Assembly: GCA_001552015.1 (NCBI GenBank)
Contig: CP010514.1
Span: 270,001 to 302,000 of the forward strand
Direction of reading: 5' to 3'
DNA from: Candidatus Nanopusillus acidilobi
GTDB taxonomy: Archaea > Nanobdellota > Nanobdellia > Nanobdellales > Nanobdellaceae
DNA: 32,000 nt
Below the pieces are notes generated by a model, which saw only the letters and a list, made by a program, of their open reading frames with translations, was not told where the DNA came from and ran no database searches. The position numbers and the translations under genes are program-made. Positions 1 to 7,690 of the stretch are shown here, piece by piece (the stretch's first letter is position 1; every line of letters begins with the position of its first letter).

Positions 1-8
1 TATCTTTT

Positions 9-56
9 ATGATGAGAATCTAAAATCTGAAAAATGATGAGTTGTCGGTCTACTGA
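9..56 (+). ncRNA. C/D box sRNA (2'-O-methylation guide)
   Basis: Read directly: C box ATGATGA at 9-15, an 11-nt spacer, D' box CTGA at 27-30, a 3-nt linker, C' box ATGATGA at 34-40, a 12-nt spacer GTTGTCGGTCTA, and D box CTGA at 53-56. This is the canonical archaeal C-D'-C'-D layout with about 12-nt guides. It lies in an intergenic position. Confidence 0.8.
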
Positions 57-64
57 TTTATAAA
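57..64 (+). promoter_or_regulatory. TATA box (TTTATAAA) for the archease gene
   Basis: TTTATAAA ends 23 nt before the ATG at 87. The same box and spacing recur at five other genes in this window, consistent with leaderless transcripts. Confidence 0.5.
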
Positions 65-86
65 ATTATTTAAAAATATTTTTAAT

Positions 87-545
87 ATGACTGTTTTGAG
101 AGAATATGAATATGAAGATCATACTGCAGATATAAAGATTGTTGGTTACGGGAATACACCAAAGAGAGCAATTGAGGCATTAATATTGGGAATGTTTAAT
201 ATTATATATGATAATGAGAAAGTTGAGAAAAAAGAATCGAAACAATTTATAATTGAAGGAAAAAATATATTAGAAATTATATATAATGTTGCTAAAATAT
301 GTTTAGAGGATGTTTTTTATAAAGATAAGTTTGCTGTAAGAGATATAAGAGTAAAAAATTTAAAGAAAGTTAGAGTTGAAAGCAAGAAATATAAATGGGT
401 ATGTAGATTTGAAGTTTATGGAGAGAAATATGATAAAGAAAAGCATGGATTTAAAAAAGAAGTTAAAGCAGTCACTTTACATGATATAAATATTACAAAA
501 ATAATGAAAACCTATTGGAGTACAGAAATTGTTGTTGATGTCTAG
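87..545 (+). CDS. Archease
   Basis: 152 aa. The N-terminal YEYEDHTADIKIVGYGNT matches the archease signature (hTADi.i.a.G), and the size is typical for the family. Confidence 0.8.
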   Translation: MTVLREYEYEDHTADIKIVGYGNTPKRAIEALILGMFNIIYDNEKVEKKESKQFIIEGKNILEIIYNVAKICLEDVFYKDKFAVRDIRVKNLKKVRVESKKYKWVCRFEVYGEKYDKEKHGFKKEVKAVTLHDINITKIMKTYWSTEIVVDV

Positions 546-1420
546 CTTTCTTGTTCTTTTTTAGCTTCAAAATATTTATACAATGGTATGTTTCCAATTA
601 AATAATATAATAGATCTAATATTATTGCAATAGATAATACAAATGCAAATTCATCAACAGATGGTTCTGGTACTATAAAATATAATAAAAGTAATGTGTA
701 TAATGCGATAATCTCCATTAGCATTCCAACTCTAAATGACATTCTTACTCTTTCAATAAATGGTTTATCTTTTTCCTTTACTATATTTGTTGATAATACT
801 ACATTATTATCAATTGCAAATCCTAGAATCATTAACATTCCAATAAATCCATTTGCTCCTATAGGATATTTTGTTATAGATAATATTGCTAACAATCCAA
901 TAATATCAAATAATATTGTAGATATTATATTTAGGGTAATCCTAGAAGCTCTAAATGCTATAAATATTACAAATGCTGTAAGTACTATTGCTAAAAATAC
1001 GAAAAATAAAAATTGATTAAATATAAGATTACCTACTAAAGAACTATAATGTTGTATTGATATATCTGTAGGTAGCAAACTAATATTATAATCTTGATTT
1101 AATAAATTAATTAATAATGTTTCATTTATTTGATTTCCAGATTCAATATAAATAATATTTGGTGTATTATATAATACATAATCTGTTATATTCATTTGAT
1201 TCAATGCATTTTGTATTTCTGAATTTGTTATATGATAATTATTATTTATTAATGTTACATAACCTCCAGAAATTGTAATAGATTTATTAATTATATATCC
1301 ATATTTAAAATAATTGAATAATATTATTCCAGCAAATATTACAAATATTACTATGGAAATTAATAGAAACTTCTTATAATTATTTTCTATAAATGATAAG
1401 ATCTTCATTAATAGGCTCAT
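542..1420 (-). CDS. secF: Protein-export membrane protein SecF (SecD/SecF family)
   Basis: 292 aa with an N-terminal TM segment, an extracytoplasmic domain of about 100 aa, and a C-terminal TM bundle. The motif LMILGFAIDNNVVLSTNIVKEK resembles the SecD/F motif (GysiddnIV..dri.e). The size fits archaeal SecF. No secD is adjacent. Confidence 0.65.
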   Translation of the reverse strand: MSLLMKILSFIENNYKKFLLISIVIFVIFAGIILFNYFKYGYIINKSITISGGYVTLINNNYHITNSEIQNALNQMNITDYVLYNTPNIIYIESGNQINETLLINLLNQDYNISLLPTDISIQHYSSLVGNLIFNQFLFFVFLAIVLTAFVIFIAFRASRITLNIISTILFDIIGLLAILSITKYPIGANGFIGMLMILGFAIDNNVVLSTNIVKEKDKPFIERVRMSFRVGMLMEIIALYTLLLLYFIVPEPSVDEFAFVLSIAIILDLLYYLIGNIPLYKYFEAKKEQES

Positions 1421-1435
1421 TTTTTACATATTCTT

Positions 1436-1451
1436 AAAAAAATATATAAAC
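1436..1451 (+). promoter_or_regulatory. BRE/TATA-like element (AAAAAATATATAAAC)
   Basis: An A-run followed by ATATATAAA ends 24 nt before the ATG at 1474, in the 53-nt divergent spacer between secF and the surface-protein operon. Confidence 0.45.
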
Positions 1452-1473
1452 TTATATTTTTCATAATAGGTAT

Positions 1474-3291
1474 ATGAGATCATTTAACTATTTAGTAGAA
1501 ATAATATTGACCGTATCTTTAATATTGGTATTCTTAACAAACTTACAATTTCCTCAAAGTCCTTCATATTATATAAATTCATTTAATAAAAAATATACAT
1601 TATATACAGCTTTAGCAAATACTTATAATAATAAATTTCTTAGTTTTTTAGAAACAAATCAATTCGATGTATTGGCTTCAATATATAATAGTATGCTATC
1701 AAATTATTTCAATAGTTATGATTTAAAACAAACGATAGATTATAGTTTAAATTTTTATAATACTTATAATTCAACATGTTATGAATTCTTATTTCCATTT
1801 CCATATCTTGGAAACAATTTATTATATTCATTAAATATAAGTGAGCAGGTTAATAACTTTTTCTTAATATATAATTCTCAAGGAAAAATATGTGGAAATA
1901 TTGCATCAAGTGATGATTGGTATGGAGTAATAATATCTAGTTATTCTAGTAATAATTTATCTATATATTTAAATTTAACAAATGTAACAAGTTTTGTTAA
2001 TTATACTATTGATCCATATTCATTTTATGCATATAATAATGATTTATATCCAATACAAATTCAATATTTAAATGTATCATATGTTAATACATCTAATGGA
2101 TATATTCCTTTAATAAATATATCATTAAATTTGCCAAATGGATATAGTCAACCAATAATAATATTATTTAGGGCTGAAAATAATAATTTTAATTATTTAA
2201 ATTTAACAAACAATTATCAATTGGTAAATAATTTACCTGCTCAATTAGTACAATATGCTGTATTTCCATTTAGTTGGGAAACATTATATATTTCTCCTCA
2301 ATGTTTAGATCAATCTAATGTTATATCATTTACAAATAATAATCAATATTTTAATTTAACAAATTCATCATATTATCCTCCTGTACTATCTGGAAATACT
2401 TCAATAACAGTTGTTGCCTGGATTTATATAAATAGTTATTATTCTTCTTCTTGTGCTGATGGAGAAAATTATATAAGTGCAATAGTTCATTTACCTGGAT
2501 TAAATGATTATGCTGGCTCTACATTTAGACAGATTATAATACCAAATAATGGCCAATATTATTTGGGAATAGACGAAAGTTATGATGTTGGATATTTACC
2601 AAATTATCTCTTACCAATGGATCAATGGGTATTTGTTTTTTGGGAATATAATAATAGTAATGGACAATTTTATGGAGGATTTATAAATCAAAGTGGAATA
2701 TACTATGGTCAATTGGTACCTTATCCTGGTTATTCATCTTTACAACCTTTAAATTTATATTATCCACCAAATGAAACATTATATTTAGGAACCCCTACAA
2801 CAATGTATTCTCCTCAATGTACATTTTTAGGAAATATATATGTAATTGCATTTTACAATCAACCATTAACAATAAATCAGTTAGAAAATATATATTATTC
2901 AGAAGATTTTAATTATTATAATCCAGTATTAATTTATTATAGCAAAAATTATAACCCAAGTACGGGAATATTATATGGAAATGGGCCAAATTATAATATG
3001 CAAGCATATAATAATCCTCAATCTATAAATTTTGTAAAACCATATTCTCAATTAATAATAGATTATTCAATCCCTCCAAACTATCAGAATAATATATTAT
3101 CTTCAAATATAAATATTAGCCAATGTTATCCTGTAAATGTTTATTATTCAAATCAATTAATACCAATAATATTGTATAATTATTGGAATTATTTTAATGT
3201 AAATCCAGTACCAAGTGGATATAAATATAGTAGCAGTATAGTTTATCCATATGGCTTAGGATATTCTAAATTCTCTGTATATGGCTCGTAG
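1474..3291 (+). CDS. Membrane-anchored Asn/Tyr/Ser-rich surface protein with a LamG (concanavalin-A-like) domain
   Basis: 605 aa with an N-terminal anchor MRSFNYLVEIILTVSLILVFL. I counted about 17 N-x-S/T sequons by eye, and there are almost no charged residues. ITVVAWIYINS...WVFVFWEY...LYLGT...TFLGNIYVIAFYNQPLTINQLENIY matches the LamG/Laminin_G_3 pattern (f.G.id.vriYn.aLs..ei). Confidence 0.6.
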   Translation: MRSFNYLVEIILTVSLILVFLTNLQFPQSPSYYINSFNKKYTLYTALANTYNNKFLSFLETNQFDVLASIYNSMLSNYFNSYDLKQTIDYSLNFYNTYNSTCYEFLFPFPYLGNNLLYSLNISEQVNNFFLIYNSQGKICGNIASSDDWYGVIISSYSSNNLSIYLNLTNVTSFVNYTIDPYSFYAYNNDLYPIQIQYLNVSYVNTSNGYIPLINISLNLPNGYSQPIIILFRAENNNFNYLNLTNNYQLVNNLPAQLVQYAVFPFSWETLYISPQCLDQSNVISFTNNNQYFNLTNSSYYPPVLSGNTSITVVAWIYINSYYSSSCADGENYISAIVHLPGLNDYAGSTFRQIIIPNNGQYYLGIDESYDVGYLPNYLLPMDQWVFVFWEYNNSNGQFYGGFINQSGIYYGQLVPYPGYSSLQPLNLYYPPNETLYLGTPTTMYSPQCTFLGNIYVIAFYNQPLTINQLENIYYSEDFNYYNPVLIYYSKNYNPSTGILYGNGPNYNMQAYNNPQSINFVKPYSQLIIDYSIPPNYQNNILSSNINISQCYPVNVYYSNQLIPIILYNYWNYFNVNPVPSGYKYSSSIVYPYGLGYSKFSVYGS

Positions 3292-4729
3292 TCAATTATA
3301 TTTATATACAATTGTTGTATTATTATTAATTTTATTTTATTTTGTTTCTAATTTAGATTTATTAGATAAAGAATTTCAGTTTTATTCAGATACTTATCCT
3401 CAATATGGAGAAATATATAAATTATTATATGGAAATGATATATTTGAAAATATATTAAATTTGTATGGATCTACATTAATTCCATTTACTGTTTATTATA
3501 ATTGTTCATATAATATTATACAAGTTCCAAATTATTTTAATTCAACACATGTAATTGTAGTAGATAATGTTTATAATGTATTACCTTCATATGCATCAAA
3601 TAATTTTGTAGTATTTAAAATAATAGATAATTATTCTATAAGTTCTTCTAGTACTGGATATTGTATATTTAATGGATATGAAGTATATAATCCATATTTT
3701 AATAATCAATTTGAAGGAACTGGTAATTTGCCATATTATGTTGTATTTTATCCACAAAGTATATTTACTATAAATGATAATTATTTAAATAATTTATATA
3801 ATTTGGAAGAAAATGTGATTTTTCAATATTTGAATAATTATAAATGTATTGCTGGAGAAATAAAGTCTTTAAGTGTTCAGAAAATATTAAATGGAATTTC
3901 TGTGAACTTTTTAAATATATCAAACGCTCAATTGAATAATAATATAATATCAGTAAATATTACTAATAATGATATATGTCCAATTGATTTAAATAAGATA
4001 TATTATGATAATTATAATATACCATCATTTGGAAATAATTTTAATACATCTTCTAATAGTTATTTAATTTATCCAGGTCAGCAAATTGTTGGATATTATC
4101 AATATAATAATGATGATTTATATTTTTGTTTAGAATCTTTAGGTAATGAGATATGTACACCAATTAATAATTTATCAATACAATATTATGTTCCAATAAC
4201 ATTATATAATTCTCAACCCATTCCAACTCCCGAACCTTTCCAACAAGATATAGCAATATGTAATGGAACAATTAATATTGGTAATAATTTTGCATATGTA
4301 AATAATATAATATTATTTAATCAAATTAATTCAAATGGACAAAATGTAATGTTCTTTAATCCAAATAACGGACAATTATTTTATTCATGGTATGAAGGTC
4401 AATTAGTTAATGGAAATACATATTGTGATGTATGGTGGGTAAATATTCCAAATGGAATACCTGCTAATGGTAATTTTGTAATTTATATGGCGATTGGAAG
4501 TTATAATACAAACTATTATTCTCAATATTATACATATGTTGGTGCACCTATACAAGTTTTAGGTACTTCTCAATATGATAATGGTAATTATGTATTTAAT
4601 TATTATCAAAACTTTGGAAATTTAAGTTCATTACCTCCAAATTGGGCATATGTGTGTGGTAATCAGTATAGTGTTTCTTTTTCTACAAATTATACAATTA
4701 TTCCGCCTACTACTTCAATGGGTTTATAA
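3281..4729 (+). CDS. Membrane-anchored surface protein, DUF2341-like domain plus the start of a ConA/LamG-like domain (N-terminal part of a frame-broken gene)
   Basis: 482 aa with anchor MARSQLYLYTIVVLLLILFYFV. Its start overlaps the upstream stop (ATGGCTCGTAG). YYVPITLYN...NVMFFNPNNGQLFYSWYEG...DVWWVNIPNGIPANGNFVIYMAIG fits the DUF2341 pattern, and YDNGNYVFNYYQNFG begins a ConA-like domain. The ORF ends in tandem stops TAA TGA in mid-domain. Confidence 0.6.
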   Translation: MARSQLYLYTIVVLLLILFYFVSNLDLLDKEFQFYSDTYPQYGEIYKLLYGNDIFENILNLYGSTLIPFTVYYNCSYNIIQVPNYFNSTHVIVVDNVYNVLPSYASNNFVVFKIIDNYSISSSSTGYCIFNGYEVYNPYFNNQFEGTGNLPYYVVFYPQSIFTINDNYLNNLYNLEENVIFQYLNNYKCIAGEIKSLSVQKILNGISVNFLNISNAQLNNNIISVNITNNDICPIDLNKIYYDNYNIPSFGNNFNTSSNSYLIYPGQQIVGYYQYNNDDLYFCLESLGNEICTPINNLSIQYYVPITLYNSQPIPTPEPFQQDIAICNGTINIGNNFAYVNNIILFNQINSNGQNVMFFNPNNGQLFYSWYEGQLVNGNTYCDVWWVNIPNGIPANGNFVIYMAIGSYNTNYYSQYYTYVGAPIQVLGTSQYDNGNYVFNYYQNFGNLSSLPPNWAYVCGNQYSVSFSTNYTIIPPTTSMGL

Positions 4730-5243
4730 TGATGGTATTACTACTATAGTAAACTTTACTATGCAAAATAATATATTACAAATCTATGTTTCTATTCCAA
4801 CTACTAGTGGTACAATGTGGGACATTATAGATTTAGGAGTAGGTGGAACAAATCCACCAACTGGAAATACGTATTTCGGCAGTGGTGGAGGGATTGTTTC
4901 TGGTGGTAATAGTTATGGTGCCGCATTTTCATATAATAATATAGGAACCGCTGGTGAGTTTAAATTATTTGTAGGAACTTCTAATGTAGGAAGTACACCA
5001 TATAGTTATGTTCCAACAATATATGAAATTGGATTTTCTAGTAGTTATACTTATTTCTTAGTAAATTATACTCAAATATTAAGTACTACAACAATACCTG
5101 GTTCATTTAGTTTACCAATAACAGTAGCGCAACAGCAATCAGGTAATAATATATACTTATATTGGGTTTTATTAAGATCATTGCCACCAAATGATGTAAT
5201 GCCTTCAATTTCTATAGGATCTGAAAGTTCCTGGCCGCCTTAA
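4650..5243 (+). CDS. C-terminal continuation of the 3281..4729 surface protein (rest of the ConA/LamG-like domain), in the +1 frame
   Basis: The first ~25 codons of the tracked ORF are hydrophobic junk overlapping the upstream ORF. From YNDGITTIVNF onward the composition matches the upstream protein. It ends NNIYLYWVLLRSLPPNDVMPSISIGSE, which resembles the usual C-terminal strand of ConA-like domains (..DWVrvRky...P.vs.G.e). The real coding part probably starts near 4725-4731. Confidence 0.5.
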   Translation: MCVVISIVFLFLQIIQLFRLLLQWVYNDGITTIVNFTMQNNILQIYVSIPTTSGTMWDIIDLGVGGTNPPTGNTYFGSGGGIVSGGNSYGAAFSYNNIGTAGEFKLFVGTSNVGSTPYSYVPTIYEIGFSSSYTYFLVNYTQILSTTTIPGSFSLPITVAQQQSGNNIYLYWVLLRSLPPNDVMPSISIGSESSWPP

Positions 5244-5962
5244 TATTCTCTACAATCCTGGTATGGATAAGATATTATATAAAATCCTTTTGTAAAATAA
5301 TCCTTTCTTTTTGCTAATCTTATCCTAATTATTTGTTCCCTAAATATTTTATTTAAGTAATTTAAACTATAATAAATTCCTAGAACTTTATAAAAAGAAT
5401 ATATATGATATCTATTTGGAACTTCATTTTTATCTTCTGCAAAAGATCCAATAAGAATATTTAAATATTTCTTCTGTGCAAATTCTAAAAATTTTTTAGT
5501 TGTATAAAATTTTTCTATATCATTAATTAAATTCTTTATTGAAAAAAGTATAGATAAATTATTTTCTCTTATTTTTTTAATATCTACATAATTTAATCCT
5601 CCAAAAAGGAATTTTTTATCATATTTAATAGGATCAAATAATCCATTTAAAAAATATTTACTTGAAATCTTATCGTTATAATTTAAATCTCTTCCAATAA
5701 CAAATACTAAATCATTATAATATTTATCAGAATAGAATAATTCATTTGCAATTTCTAAAGCTTTTTTAGGATCTTCATTATTTATTAATGCGCAATAAAA
5801 TAAATTTAATTTTTTATAATATAAAATATTATTTAATTTAAAATATTTTAGATCATTTTTATCAAAAACTTCATAGCAAAAAACAATATTTTTTATCTTA
5901 TTTTTATAATATTCACTTGCTAGCTCTTCTTCATTATCATTTGGTAAACAGAAATCATACAT
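5240..5962 (-). CDS. Putative RNase P protein component 3 (Rpp30-like, PHP/TIM-barrel family)
   Basis: 240 aa. The N-terminus MYDFCLPNDNEEELASEY resembles the Rpp30 start (yDl.v...). LNILIGSFAEDKNEVPNRYHIYSFYKVLGI resembles the Rpp30 C-terminal S.A....v......G motif. The assignment comes from remembered family patterns only. Confidence 0.4.
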   Translation of the reverse strand: MYDFCLPNDNEEELASEYYKNKIKNIVFCYEVFDKNDLKYFKLNNILYYKKLNLFYCALINNEDPKKALEIANELFYSDKYYNDLVFVIGRDLNYNDKISSKYFLNGLFDPIKYDKKFLFGGLNYVDIKKIRENNLSILFSIKNLINDIEKFYTTKKFLEFAQKKYLNILIGSFAEDKNEVPNRYHIYSFYKVLGIYYSLNYLNKIFREQIIRIRLAKRKDYFTKGFYIISYPYQDCREY

Positions 5963-5971
5963 AAAAAATAT

Positions 5972-6154
5972 TTATTCTTCAACCTTATTTACGTTTTCAA
6001 GTTTCTCATATTCTTTCCAAAAATATTCTAGATCTTTACTTATCAATTGTGCAGGGCCCTGGTATCCGCAATCTAAGCATACCCAACTATTATCTTTTGC
6101 GAATAATGGTAGTATATTTGTTGAATGACATCTTGGGCATATGTATGTTGCCAT
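5972..6154 (-). CDS. Small zinc-ribbon protein (CxxC...CxxC), function unknown
   Basis: 60 aa, with CPRC at residues 6-9 and CLDC at residues 26-29. A TATA-like TTTAAATA lies about 20 nt upstream of the ATG on the minus strand. Confidence 0.6.
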   Translation of the reverse strand: MATYICPRCHSTNILPLFAKDNSWVCLDCGYQGPAQLISKDLEYFWKEYEKLENVNKVEE

Positions 6155-6215
6155 ATTGTATTATGAAATTTTGGTATATTTAAACTATTTTTAAATAATG
6201 TTGGTAATCAATGAT

Positions 6216-6932
6216 CTAAAATAATATTGATTTATATCTACCTCTAGATTCTACAACTTTTAATCTATGAAAAATTTCATCATATTTTTCACTAAAGGAT
6301 TCTTTATATCCTTCTAATATTAAAGAAAATTTATCATAAATTCTCCAATGATTAGATTCAAATAATTCTTTAAATAAATGTAAATCTACAGCATAATCTT
6401 CTATTCTATTAGAAAAGAAACTTAATCCAAAATCAATAAAATATATTTTTCCATTATTATATATCATATTTCCAGTAGTTAAATCTCCATGTACAATTTT
6501 ATTTTTATGAATTAATCCAATATATTTTCCAATATTATATAATATTTCTTCATAATTCAATTTTTCCAAATATTTTGCTAAATTATATCCTTCAATATAT
6601 TCCATTACAATAATTCCATCTTCTTCATTTTTATATAATAATCTTGGTACATTAATATAATTATATAATTTTTCTAATATTCTTGCCTCAATTCTAGTCC
6701 TATATTTTCTAAATTCTCTGTCAATTAATTCATTTCTATATTTTTTCTTATATCTATACTTTAATACTATTTTATTTTTATCATTTTCAATTTTAAATTC
6801 TTCAGAATCAATTTCTAATTTATTTAAAAAATTTTTATCGAATTCAAATATATATTTATCATTCTCTCTTTTATTACTTTCAATTAAATATATTTTTGCT
6901 TCTGCTCCATGTCCAATTAATTTATATTCCAT
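6216..6932 (-). CDS. bud32: Bud32/PRPK atypical kinase (KEOPS subunit)
   Basis: 238 aa. It has GAEAKIY (P-loop-like), TRIEARILEKL, HGDLTTGNMI (catalytic loop), IDFGLS, and VDLHLF...SRGRY typical of archaeal Bud32. An insertion of about 40 aa follows the first strand. Confidence 0.85.
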   Translation of the reverse strand: MEYKLIGHGAEAKIYLIESNKRENDKYIFEFDKNFLNKLEIDSEEFKIENDKNKIVLKYRYKKKYRNELIDREFRKYRTRIEARILEKLYNYINVPRLLYKNEEDGIIVMEYIEGYNLAKYLEKLNYEEILYNIGKYIGLIHKNKIVHGDLTTGNMIYNNGKIYFIDFGLSFFSNRIEDYAVDLHLFKELFESNHWRIYDKFSLILEGYKESFSEKYDEIFHRLKVVESRGRYKSILF

Positions 6933-6933
6933 T

Positions 6934-7374
6934 TTAAATATTTAATTTCTCTTTATATTTTTCAAATTCTTCTAAAAGTTCTTTTAATAAATCTAAATCA
7001 ATATTTTTAACTTCTTTATGTTCTATTTTTTTCATATATTCATAAACTTCTTTATAATAATTATAAACTTCTGAAGAAATTTTTCTTTTTCTCTTTAATT
7101 CCTCAAATTTATTTAATATATCTTCTGGACTATATACATTTATATTATTTTTAATTAAATAATATTGAGAAATTGTAATAACTGAATTATATAAACTTTC
7201 AAATGCTTTTATTAACATTAGATTGACATAATTTATTCCTTCTTCAGCTCTTTTTTTCATTATTTCTAAATATTCAGGTGATGTTTTTATTAATCCATTT
7301 TCTAACATTTTTTTGAGAGAACCAAAGATTCCTGCAGGATCTATTATTGGCTCGCCTTTTCTTAATATATCCAA
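6934..7374 (-). CDS. Helical C-terminal domain of a nucleotidyltransferase (second half of a frame-broken gene; tracked start is TTG)
   Basis: 146 aa, all-helical and K/E-rich. It overlaps the upstream NTase ORF by 101 nt in another frame. The junction GDPLVF|DILRKGEPIIDPAGIF reads through if one base of the A5/T5 run at 7373-7377 is ignored. Confidence 0.5.
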   Translation of the reverse strand: MDILRKGEPIIDPAGIFGSLKKMLENGLIKTSPEYLEIMKKRAEEGINYVNLMLIKAFESLYNSVITISQYYLIKNNINVYSPEDILNKFEELKRKRKISSEVYNYYKEVYEYMKKIEHKEVKNIDLDLLKELLEEFEKYKEKLNI

Positions 7375-7681
7375 AAACTAATGGATCCCCATTTAGTATC
7401 ATTTCCCAGAATTTTGATAATGTTAGTGTTGTTACATGAATTTTTTTATATTTTTCATCTGCCAATAATTTGTTTAAATTATCAAAATAAAAAGGAACTG
7501 TTATATTTAGGTCTTGTGCATATATATCATCTACTATTATTAATAAATCAATATCTGATTTTTCATTTTCTTTATTTTCTGCATATGATCCAAATAAGAC
7601 AATCGATTTTACTAATCCATCAACTTTTTCAATTAAATCTTTTGAAAAATTCAATATTATATCATTAGAATTATTATCCAT
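7274..7681 (-). CDS. Minimal nucleotidyltransferase (Pol-beta superfamily / MNT-like) domain protein, first half of a frame-broken gene
   Basis: 135 aa. LFGSYAENKENEKSDIDLLIIVDD is the G-S-x(9-12)-D-x-D NTase motif. The last ~30 residues (GYIKKRRANNRSCRNLWFSQKNVRKW) look like out-of-frame read-through. Confidence 0.7.
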   Translation of the reverse strand: MDNNSNDIILNFSKDLIEKVDGLVKSIVLFGSYAENKENEKSDIDLLIIVDDIYAQDLNITVPFYFDNLNKLLADEKYKKIHVTTLTLSKFWEMILNGDPLVFGYIKKRRANNRSCRNLWFSQKNVRKWINKNIT

Positions 7682-7690
7682 AAAGAATAT

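Noticed and set aside
696-1016. 106-aa ORF on the plus strand inside secF
   Set aside because: It lies entirely antisense to a well-supported SecF-like gene. Its low-complexity I/N-rich translation is typical of shadow frames in AT-rich DNA.
1474-1545. Class III (type IV pilin-like) signal peptides on the big surface proteins (MRS|F..., MARS|Q..., MRG|K...)
   Set aside because: The [KR][GAS] dipeptide directly before a hydrophobic stretch is suggestive. However, the residues after the putative cleavage site (FNYL, QLYL, KIFDD) do not fit the usual prepilin-peptidase context. No FlaI/FlaJ/PibD-type genes lie nearby. A plain signal-anchor or Sec signal is the simpler reading.
4718-4732. Programmed +1 ribosomal frameshift at GGT TTA TAA TGA
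   Set aside because: The P-site codons (GGU, UUA) cannot re-pair in the +1 frame. The homopolymers are only 3 nt, too short for transcriptional slippage. Tandem stops follow. An indel, real or from assembly, is more likely.
7381-7668. 95-aa ORF antisense to the NTase gene
   Set aside because: It is a shadow ORF. The opposite strand carries the clear GS...DxD nucleotidyltransferase motif.
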